From Candidatus Sulfopaludibacter sp. SbA3 (GTDB lineage: Bacteria > Acidobacteriota > Terriglobia > 2-12-FULL-54-10), in assembly GCA_945865705.1 (NCBI GenBank), contig CAMBEY010000001.1, positions 1 through 53,388 of the forward strand: a stretch of DNA of 53,388 nt. Direction: 5' to 3'. This document shows positions 19,804 to 27,365 of the stretch, one piece after another. The number at the start of each line of letters is the position of its first letter. The first letter of the stretch is position 1. Position numbers and translations under genes: made by a program. Under the pieces are notes generated by a model that had not been told where the DNA came from, searched no databases, and saw nothing but the letters and a program-made list of their open reading frames with translations.

Positions 19804-19818
19804 TAACAGCCGCAATAA

Positions 19819-21120
19819 ATGAAAGGAGGTCCTGTGGCGATAACAGGCTTGCCCCTCGCAGTACATCCCACTTCTGCGTCATCGAGCGAAACATTAACTT
19901 CCGCTGATGTGGCGCGCATCCGCCAGGACTTCCCGGCGCTGCATCAGATGGTCCACGGACAACCGCTGGTCTATCTGGATAATGCCGCCACTTCGCAAAA
20001 ACCTCGATCGGTACTGGACGCTATCGACCATTACTACGCCGAAGACTGCGCCAATGTTCATCGCGGCGTGCATCTACTGAGCCAGCGCGCGTCGGATAGT
20101 TTTGACGCGGCACGGCAGAAGGTCCAGCGGTTTCTCGGCGCAGCCCACTCCAAGGAAATTATCTTCACGCGCGGCGCGACCGAATCCATCAATTTGGTCG
20201 CGGCTACATATGGCCGCAAAAATATTTGCGCGGGCGATGAGGTTTTGATCACGGCCATGGAGCATCACTCGAATATCGTCCCCTGGCAGATGCTCTGCGA
20301 TGAAAAAGGCGCAACGCTGCGCGTGGCTCCCATTACCACCAGCGGCGAGTTAATCATCGAAGAATTCGAGAGACTACTTACGCCACGCACCAAGCTGGCA
20401 GCGATCAGCCACATCTCCAATGCACTCGGCACGGTGAACCCGATTGCTCACATGATCGAGATGGCGCACCGGAAGAATGTGCCTGTGCTGGTGGATGGCG
20501 CGCAGGCGGTGCCTCATGCCGCCGTCAACGTGCAGGCCCTGGACTGCGATTTCTACGCCTTTTCCGGGCATAAGTTGTACGGCCCGACGGGCATCGGCGT
20601 GCTGTACGGAAAAGCGAAGCTTCTGGAGGCCATGCCTCCTTACCAGGGCGGCGGGGACATGATCCGCACCGTCAGCTTCACCAAGACGACCTACAACAGC
20701 CTGCCTTATAAATTCGAGGCGGGCACGCCGGATATCGCAGGCGTCATCGGCCTCGGCGCGGCGATCGACTACGTCAACGCCATCGGTTTGGACCGCATTG
20801 CCGCCTATGAGCATCAATTGCTGGAATATGCGACGCAACGCGTGAGTCCTCTGCCGGGCCTGCGCATTATCGGCACCGCCAGAGAGAAGGCTGGCCTCGT
20901 GTCATTCGTGATGGATGGAGTGCATCCGCATGATCTGGGCACCATCATGGATCGGCAGGGAGTCGCCGTGCGCGCGGGACACCACTGCGCCATGCCGGTG
21001 ATGGAACTATTTGGGCTGGCCGGAACGACACGGGCTTCCTTTGCGTTCTACAATACGCTGGAAGAAGTGGATACGCTGGTAGCAGCCATTCAAAAAGCGC
21101 GGGAGGTTTTTGGGCAATGA
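19819..21120 (+). CDS. sufS: cysteine desulfurase, SufS subfamily
   Basis: PLP-lysine motif FSGHKLYGPTGIG and the catalytic-Cys loop RAGHHCA. An alternative in-frame GTG at 19834 follows a strong AAGGAGG. Confidence 0.93.
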   Translation: MKGGPVAITGLPLAVHPTSASSSETLTSADVARIRQDFPALHQMVHGQPLVYLDNAATSQKPRSVLDAIDHYYAEDCANVHRGVHLLSQRASDSFDAARQKVQRFLGAAHSKEIIFTRGATESINLVAATYGRKNICAGDEVLITAMEHHSNIVPWQMLCDEKGATLRVAPITTSGELIIEEFERLLTPRTKLAAISHISNALGTVNPIAHMIEMAHRKNVPVLVDGAQAVPHAAVNVQALDCDFYAFSGHKLYGPTGIGVLYGKAKLLEAMPPYQGGGDMIRTVSFTKTTYNSLPYKFEAGTPDIAGVIGLGAAIDYVNAIGLDRIAAYEHQLLEYATQRVSPLPGLRIIGTAREKAGLVSFVMDGVHPHDLGTIMDRQGVAVRAGHHCAMPVMELFGLAGTTRASFAFYNTLEEVDTLVAAIQKAREVFGQ

Positions 21121-21569
21121 ACGAGCTTGAGAATCTGTATCAGGAATTGATCGTCGATCATAGCAAGAATCCGCGTAACTTCGGCAAGCTGGAGCCCCAT
21201 GACCACGAGGCCACCGGCTACAACCCGCTGTGCGGCGACAAAGTTACGGTCTTCCTGCAGATGGAAAATGAAGTGGTCAAGAATGTGCAGTTTCATGGTG
21301 TCGGCTGCGCCATCTCGACCGCTTCCGCTTCTCTGATGACCGAGCGCTTGAAGGGCAAGTCGCAGGCCGATGCAGAGAAACTTTTCACCGAGTTCCACGG
21401 ATTGGTAACGCAAGGCACTGCCGACGCGGCGGCCCAGGAACGTTTGGGCAAACTCCAAGCATTCTCGGGGCTGAGGGAGTTTCCGATGCGGGTCAAGTGC
21501 GCCACGCTGGCCTGGCACACCTTCCGCGCTGCCATGCGCGGCGAGGAGCCGGACATCTCCGTGGAATAG
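21117..21569 (+). CDS. sufU: SUF-system NifU/IscU-like scaffold or sulfur acceptor SufU
   Basis: NPLCGD, GVGCAIS and KCATLAW cysteine motifs. The start overlaps the sufS stop (ATGA). Confidence 0.9.
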   Translation: MNELENLYQELIVDHSKNPRNFGKLEPHDHEATGYNPLCGDKVTVFLQMENEVVKNVQFHGVGCAISTASASLMTERLKGKSQADAEKLFTEFHGLVTQGTADAAAQERLGKLQAFSGLREFPMRVKCATLAWHTFRAAMRGEEPDISVE

Positions 21570-21616
21570 TCCGGGAAATTGATTGATGAAGTGGAAATCG
21601 TGGGAGACGAATCAGC

Positions 21617-22045
21617 GTGTTTGATTGGATTAGCAAAAAACTAGGGGCAGACCCTACGAATAGTACTGGAGAAAATCTTGTGGCCACGGAAGCACCAGGA
21701 ATGGAGAATACTCCACCCGTCGACAATCCAGTTTCCAAGCTGGATCTGGAGTCGCGCGTCACGGAAGCTGTCCGCATGGTCTATGATCCTGAAATTCCGG
21801 TGAACGTCTACGAACTCGGCCTGATCTATGAACTAACTGTAGATCCGGAAGGTAAGGTGAATATCCAGATGACCCTGACGGCACCCAGTTGCCCCGAGGC
21901 CGGCGCGATCCCCGGACGTGTGGAAACCGCCGTGCGCAGTGTCGATGGCGTTACCGACGCCAAGGTCGAGTTAGTCTGGGAGCCGCCGTGGACGCCCGCG
22001 CGCATGTCGGAAGCAGCCAAGCTGCAACTCGGAGTTTTGTACTAG
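21617..22045 (+). CDS. DUF59 (SufT/PaaD-like) Fe-S assembly protein
   Basis: VYDPEIPVNVYELGLIY...MTLTAPSCP is the DUF59 hallmark. GTG start; the N-terminal roughly 40 aa are low-complexity. Confidence 0.8.
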   Translation: MFDWISKKLGADPTNSTGENLVATEAPGMENTPPVDNPVSKLDLESRVTEAVRMVYDPEIPVNVYELGLIYELTVDPEGKVNIQMTLTAPSCPEAGAIPGRVETAVRSVDGVTDAKVELVWEPPWTPARMSEAAKLQLGVLY

Positions 22046-22081
22046 ATGGAGTAGTGGGTTTTACAGTGGAGGCGTAACGCA

Positions 22082-22567
22082 ATGAAATTCAGTTCGCAGG
22101 AAGAGTACGGACTTCGCTGTCTGCTGCAACTGGCACGGCGCGACGCAAGCGCGAGTCTCACCATTCCAGAGATCGCCACGGCCGAGGGCCTCTCGGTTGC
22201 TTATGTCGCCAAGCTCGTGCGGATTCTGCGCCAGGATGGGTTTGTGAAGAGCAGCCGCGGACAAAGTGGTGGATACGCATTGACCCACGCTCCTGACGGA
22301 ATACTCGTTGGCGATGTGCTGAACGCCCTGGGCGGACGCATCTTCGACAGCGATACTTGCGGGCGTTATCACGGTACCGAAGACATGTGTACGCACTCCA
22401 TAGACTGCTCCATCCGGTCGCTTTGGCAAGCCGTACAGCGCGAGGTGGATCACGTTCTCAGCCGCACCACGCTGCAGGACCTGCTCGGCAGTGAGCAGGA
22501 GATGACCACATCGGCAAGCAATCTGGTACAGATCGCCACGCCGCGTCCGCTGCAAAACGCTCTTTAA
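22082..22567 (+). CDS. Rrf2-family transcriptional regulator (IscR/SufR-like)
   Basis: N-terminal winged HTH (EYGLRCLLQLAR...IPEIA..EGLS..YV.KL...L). Three clustered Cys (C-x9-C-x5-C) are compatible with Fe-S sensing. Confidence 0.85.
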   Translation: MKFSSQEEYGLRCLLQLARRDASASLTIPEIATAEGLSVAYVAKLVRILRQDGFVKSSRGQSGGYALTHAPDGILVGDVLNALGGRIFDSDTCGRYHGTEDMCTHSIDCSIRSLWQAVQREVDHVLSRTTLQDLLGSEQEMTTSASNLVQIATPRPLQNAL

Positions 22568-22609
22568 CTCCAATGAATTTTTAAATAAATTTCGAACCAG
22601 GGATCAAGA

Positions 22610-23686
22610 ATGGCCACCGAACAGCAAGTACTAGACGCTCTGCGCAGCGTACAGGACCCCGATCTGCATCGCGATATCGTTTCTCTCGGATTCATCCAGG
22701 ACATGAAAATTGTTGGTGGAGACGTCAGTTTCGCCATCAACTTGACCACTCCAGCCTGCCCCGTGAAGGATCAGTTAAAGGCCCAGGCGGAGGAAGCGGT
22801 CAAGAAAATAAGTGGTGTGAAATCCGTGCAGATAGACATGCGCGCGGAAGTGCGATCAATGGCCATGCCCACGGGACAGTTCACCATCCCCGGCGTGAAA
22901 AATATCGTACCCGTAGGATCGGGCAAGGGTGGTGTTGGCAAATCAACAGTCGCTGCAAATCTCGCTGTAGCCCTTGCGGGCACAGGCGCGCGCGTGGGAC
23001 TGATGGACGCCGATATTTACGGACCCAGTATCCCCACAATTCTCGGCATTACGGAGCAGCCCAAACCCGGTCAGCGCGGATTGATTCCCCCCGTGGCCTA
23101 TGGAGTGAAAGTCATCTCCGCCGGTTTTTTCATCAAGCCGGATCAAGCGGTGATCTGGCGTGGACCCATGCTCTCGAAGTTAGTCGATGAGTTTCTGCGC
23201 AACGTTGAGTGGGGCGAACTGGACTATCTGATCATTGATCTGCCGCCAGGAACCGGCGATGTGCAACTCACCCTCTGCCAGCGCATCCCGTTGACCGGCG
23301 CGGTGATTGTTTCGACGCCACAGGACGTCGCGCTGAATGTCGCCGAGAAGGCGCACATCATGTTCCAGCAGTTGAAATGCGCGACGCTCGGGATCATCGA
23401 AAACATGAGCTATTACATCTGCAAGCATTGCGGTGAGCGCGAAGAAATCTTTTCCTCCGGTGGAGCCGAGCGTGCGGCCGCAAAATGGAAGGTGCCGGTG
23501 CTGGGCAAGATTCCTCTGGCCAAAAATATCCGCGAAGCCTCCGACAACGGGCGCCCCATCGGACTGGTGGAGCCCGGCTCACCAGAAGCGGCAGCGTTCG
23601 CCGAAATTGCTCGCAATCTTGCGGCTCAGATCAGCATTCGCAATATGCAGGAGCAGGAAGAGCCGCTGGTCAAGATCACCTTTTAG
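22610..23686 (+). CDS. mrp: Mrp/NBP35/ApbC-family Fe-S cluster carrier ATPase with N-terminal DUF59 domain
   Basis: DUF59 N-terminus (VQDPDLHRDIVSLGFI...LTTPACP), deviant Walker A GSGKGGVGKST and the CKHCGE (CxxC) cluster-bridging motif. Confidence 0.92.
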   Translation: MATEQQVLDALRSVQDPDLHRDIVSLGFIQDMKIVGGDVSFAINLTTPACPVKDQLKAQAEEAVKKISGVKSVQIDMRAEVRSMAMPTGQFTIPGVKNIVPVGSGKGGVGKSTVAANLAVALAGTGARVGLMDADIYGPSIPTILGITEQPKPGQRGLIPPVAYGVKVISAGFFIKPDQAVIWRGPMLSKLVDEFLRNVEWGELDYLIIDLPPGTGDVQLTLCQRIPLTGAVIVSTPQDVALNVAEKAHIMFQQLKCATLGIIENMSYYICKHCGEREEIFSSGGAERAAAKWKVPVLGKIPLAKNIREASDNGRPIGLVEPGSPEAAAFAEIARNLAAQISIRNMQEQEEPLVKITF

Positions 23687-23697
23687 CTACCTTCTTG

Positions 23698-25045
23698 ATG
23701 AACACCAGGGACTTGCTTGAAAATACTGCCGCGCGCTCCGCCAGCTATCTAGCTAGCATGGATCGGCGCGCGGTAGCTTCAACATCCGAAGCCATCGCGC
23801 GACTGAAGGAACTGGAAATCCCACTTCCCAATCATTCAACTTCGCCTGAGCAAGTACTTGCGCTGCTGGATGAAGTTGGATCGCCAGCGACTTCGGCGAC
23901 GGCGGGTAGCCGGTATTTTGGGTTCGTCATCGGAGGGTCATTGCCTGCGGCTCTTGCGGCAAACTGGCTGGCCGGAGCGTGGGATCAGAACGCGGGCAGC
24001 TCAGCGATCTCCCCTGTGGCAGGACGCCTGGAGGAGGTAGCGCTACGCTGGCTACTGGAAATCTTCGGACTGCCGGCCGATTGTGGCGGCGGATTTGTAA
24101 CCGGCGGCACCATGGCCAACTTCACCGCGCTCGCTGCAGCTCGGCGTGCCGTGCTCCAGAGAGTTGGCTGGGATGTAGACTCCCAAGGACTGTTTGGCGC
24201 ACCGCTCATTACTGTTGTAGTAGGCGACGAGGTTCATCCCACTCTTCTTAAGTCGCTCGGACTGCTGGGGCTGGGGCGCGACCGGGTCTTGCGTGTTCCT
24301 TGCGACGGCCAGGGGCGCATGCGCGCTGATGCATTGCCGAAGTTAACGCTTCCCTGCATCGTTTGCATGCAAGCCGGCAACGTCAACACTGGCTCGTTTG
24401 ATCCCGCCGCGGACGTCATCACTCAGGCGCACGACGCCGGCGCATGGGTGCATGTGGACGGAGCATTTGGACTATGGGCGAAGGCGGCGCCAAGTTTAAC
24501 GAATCTCGTAGCTGGTTTTGAGAAAGCTGACTCGTGGGCCACAGACGCGCATAAATGGCTGAACGTCCCGTACGACTGTGGGATTGCCCTGGTACGAGAT
24601 GCCACGGCGCTGCGCCAGGCGATGGCGGTGACGGCCGCCTATCTTCCGCAAGAGGACTCACGCACGCCGAGTTATTACACACCAGAACTCTCTCGGCGCG
24701 CGCGGTGTGGAAGTTTGGGCGGCACTCTATTCGCTAGGGCGCAGCGGATTGGCAGAATTGATTGATCGCTGCTGTCGTCACGCACGCCGATTCGCAAAAG
24801 CCCTCAGCGCGGCAGGATTCGAGATTCTGAATGATGTTGTATTGAACCAGGTTCTGGTTTCGTTTGGCGATCCGGAGACTACACAGCGTGTGATTGCGGG
24901 AATTCAGGCGGACGGGACATGCTGGTGCGGCAGCACGGTATGGCAGGGACGAACCGCGATGCGCATCAGCATCTCCTCCTGGGCAACGACGGACGACGAT
25001 GTGGAAAAGAGCCTGGCCGCGATGATTCGTGTCGCGTCGTCATAG
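23698..25045 (+). pseudogene. group II PLP-dependent decarboxylase, interrupted by a frameshift near 24696-24705
   Basis: ORF 23698-24765 carries the PLP-lysine motif (SWATDAHKW). The C-terminal domain continues in the +1 frame (24698 onward: ARGVEVWAALYSLGRSGL... to 25045). The junction lies in the CGGCGCGCGCGG run. Confidence 0.75.
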
Positions 25046-25085
25046 TTTGAGAGGGCATAATGGAACCCGATGCTTTTCAGGAGTT

Positions 25086-25412
25086 ATGACTTTGGCAGAT
25101 GGCAAGAAACTTGAAAAAATTCTCGTGCCCTTGGAAGTCGGCAGGGCTGGCGAGCACGACATTCGCATTCGATGGAACGACAGTTCCGAGTCTATATATA
25201 TCGCTCGGAAGCTACGGATGGAATGTCCCTGCGCGCATTGCGTGGACGAAACTACCGGCCGGCGCATACTGAAGGAACCAGCCATCGCGATGGACGTGCG
25301 TCCTGCGGCGATTGAGCCAGTCGGGCGTTACGGCATCTGCATCCATTGGAGCGATGGACACAGCACGGGCATCTACACGTGGGAGAAGCTTTACGGATTG
25401 GCGCAGCGTTGA
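25086..25412 (+). CDS. DUF971 domain protein (gamma-butyrobetaine hydroxylase N-terminal-like)
   Basis: ECPCAHC metal-binding motif plus IEPVGRYGICIHWSDGHSTGIYTWEKL, typical of DUF971. The ATG at 25086 is preferred over the overlapping track start 25029. Confidence 0.75.
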   Translation: MTLADGKKLEKILVPLEVGRAGEHDIRIRWNDSSESIYIARKLRMECPCAHCVDETTGRRILKEPAIAMDVRPAAIEPVGRYGICIHWSDGHSTGIYTWEKLYGLAQR

Positions 25413-25481
25413 TCGCCGTCTCCGATCCTGAGAGAGATACCGTAATTTTCTGACGAGTCATAGACAAATACGGAGCCATTC

Positions 25482-25766
25482 ATGTCCGAAGCAGCCGAAA
25501 AAGTTCGAGTCTTGATCGAGAAGCTCCTCTTGCATAAAGGGATGAGGGGAGTTATTTGCCGTGTATTTCCACCAGGTGGGAGTGGAGGGAGCAGCAGATA
25601 CACTGTCTTGCTGGAAAAAGGTACGGTGCGGGAACAGGTATTTCTGGATACCGCGGCGGTGCAGCGTTATACCCAGACCGGCAATGAACAGTTCGTTCTG
25701 AGTACCATCCGCGCCGCGATTCACAATATTGAACGGATACAGAAGAAGCAGGCAGAGCGCAAGTAG
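25482..25766 (+). CDS. hypothetical protein (94 aa)
   Basis: ORF with normal composition and a K/E-rich C-terminus. No recognisable motif. Confidence 0.45.
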   Translation: MSEAAEKVRVLIEKLLLHKGMRGVICRVFPPGGSGGSSRYTVLLEKGTVREQVFLDTAAVQRYTQTGNEQFVLSTIRAAIHNIERIQKKQAERK

Positions 25767-25797
25767 TTCGATGCTCCTGGTTAATTCCTACTTCTGA

Positions 25798-26097
25798 CTA
25801 CTCCACAAAATTCGATCCTTGAGTTCGTGTTAGTTTCCGCGCAAAGGAATCGACCAAACGGTTTAACTCCTGGTCCGCCCCTCCGGCTAATAAACGCTCC
25901 GCAATTTGAAAGTGAATCATTAATTCTTCCGGCTGCAACCCAGCGCAATCCTTCGCGTTAAAACGGTACCGGCAGTGGAAGCGATCCTCTCCTGATTCTA
26001 CAATCTCAAGCGGAACATCCAATGCTCGCAGGCGAGAGGAAATCCGCCGGATCAGGATTTCGACGTGCTCTTTGCGAGGGAAGGAGTTTTGAGACAT
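25798..26097 (-). CDS. hypothetical protein (99 aa)
   Basis: Same strand as the MauE/DoxX gene and 30 nt downstream of it. Normal composition, no recognisable motif. Confidence 0.45.
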   Translation of the reverse strand: MSQNSFPRKEHVEILIRRISSRLRALDVPLEIVESGEDRFHCRYRFNAKDCAGLQPEELMIHFQIAERLLAGGADQELNRLVDSFARKLTRTQGSNFVE

Positions 26098-26127
26098 TGG
26101 CGGAATCGATGGCGTAATCAGTAATTC

Positions 26128-26577
26128 TTACTGGGAGTTATTCAGACTGGAGGCGGGTCTTACACGCCTCCAGGACACCACCGCGAGATAAGCAGCGGCT
26201 ACGAAGAAGCCCGTGTCGCGTGCCAGGGTGCGCGGACTGACCGGCTCTCCCATTCCAAAACATCCGCAGGTGGCCTCGATGCCACGAGCGTAGGTGATCG
26301 TCATCGTAACCAAAAAAAACCCCAGCAGCGCGGCACAAAATGAAGCAAACCAGTGGAGCTTCCAGCCCCCCAGCAGGAACATGCCAAGAACCACTTCCAG
26401 CCACGGAAGAGCTCGGGCTACGGCGATGACACCCCAGACGGGAAGAATTTGATACGACTCGATGGCCATCTCAAACTGAAATGGCTCCGCAATCTTGACG
26501 TATCCGGCCACGATGAACAGCCCGCCTAGAAAGAGGCGGCAAATCCACTGGAGGACATTTCCAATCGGCCCGATCAC
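26128..26577 (-). CDS. MauE/DoxX-family redox-associated membrane protein
   Basis: Four predicted TM helices, a LFLGGLFIVAGYVKI start typical of the family, and a CGCFG motif. Confidence 0.7.
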   Translation of the reverse strand: MIGPIGNVLQWICRLFLGGLFIVAGYVKIAEPFQFEMAIESYQILPVWGVIAVARALPWLEVVLGMFLLGGWKLHWFASFCAALLGFFLVTMTITYARGIEATCGCFGMGEPVSPRTLARDTGFFVAAAYLAVVSWRRVRPASSLNNSQ

Positions 26578-26580
26578 GAC

Positions 26581-27222
26581 TTATTGCCCCGACCGCGTGT
26601 CCAAGTAGCGCTTCAAGATGGGAAACCTAATAAAACCGGGCACCTTTTCAGTTTTGCCGGCGGCAGTAACGAAAAATGTTGGAGTTGAATTAATCTCCCC
26701 CGCTTCGCCAAGTTTGATGTCGGCGGCAATAGCGGCATCAAGGGGACCGGGGTTCCCCACTATTTTCTTGAGTTCAGCCAGTTCCTTCGGTGAAATCGTC
26801 TTGGCCAGGGACAATTCAATTTCGCCAGTCCGTCCCCATTCTTCCTGATTTTGAAACAGCGCATCAGCGACCTTTCCCCACTGCTGCGTGCTCAACTTCA
26901 TCGCTGCATGTCCATAGCGCGCAGCCTTGCGGGCATGCGCGTGCATACTGAGCGGAAACTCCCGGTACACGATGCAGGCCTTGCCGGTGTCGCCGTATTC
27001 AGTCATCACCTGCTTCATTGTTTCGAGGTAAAATGCGCGGCAGGCCGGACACTGAAAGTCAGAGAATACCTCGATCTTGATAGGAGCAGTTGACTTCCCA
27101 CGGACACAGTCGCCGCTTTCAGCCGCCTGAACGGGATTAGAATTCAGGAGCATGCCCACGATCATCATTCCCGCAAGCACCATGCGAGTGAACCAACTAA
27201 ATTCATTGCCTACTGTCTGCAT
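26581..27222 (-). CDS. DsbA-family thiol:disulfide oxidoreductase (membrane-anchored or secreted)
   Basis: N-terminal hydrophobic anchor and a thioredoxin-fold CPAC active site (FSDFQCPACRAF). Its stop lies 3 nt before the MauE/DoxX start. Confidence 0.8.
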   Translation of the reverse strand: MQTVGNEFSWFTRMVLAGMMIVGMLLNSNPVQAAESGDCVRGKSTAPIKIEVFSDFQCPACRAFYLETMKQVMTEYGDTGKACIVYREFPLSMHAHARKAARYGHAAMKLSTQQWGKVADALFQNQEEWGRTGEIELSLAKTISPKELAELKKIVGNPGPLDAAIAADIKLGEAGEINSTPTFFVTAAGKTEKVPGFIRFPILKRYLDTRSGQ

Positions 27223-27266
27223 TGGACATTCTCCCTTTCAGATATTCCAGTTGCCCGGCTTCGCCC

Positions 27267-27272
27267 ATTATA
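27267..27272 (-). promoter_or_regulatory. candidate -10 box (TATAAT) for the DsbA-MauE operon
   Basis: A perfect TATAAT on the minus strand lies 44 nt upstream of the DsbA start, just downstream of a strong terminator. The -35 is poor (CTGTGC). Confidence 0.35.
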
Positions 27273-27300
27273 ACGGCTTTCTCCGTTGTGCACAGGTTCC

Positions 27301-27343
27301 GAAAAAAATGAAAAAGCTCCCGGAAGTATATACTTCCGGGAGC
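27301..27343 (-). terminator. Rho-independent terminator of the OmpA-family gene
   Basis: Perfect 12-bp stem GCTCCCGGAAGT / ACTTCCGGGAGC (27316-27327 and 27332-27343) with an ATAT loop. On the minus strand it is followed by TTTTTCATTTTTTT. Confidence 0.85.
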
Positions 27344-27365
27344 CGGGTTAAATGAAATAAAGAAC

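Noticed and set aside
23485-23697. N-terminal extension of the decarboxylase ORF overlapping the 3' end of mrp
   Set aside because: The extension (MEGAGAGQDSSGQKYPRSLRQRAPHRTGG...) is out-of-frame read-through of mrp coding sequence. The natural start is ATG 23698 (MNTRDLLENTAARSA...), just after the mrp stop.
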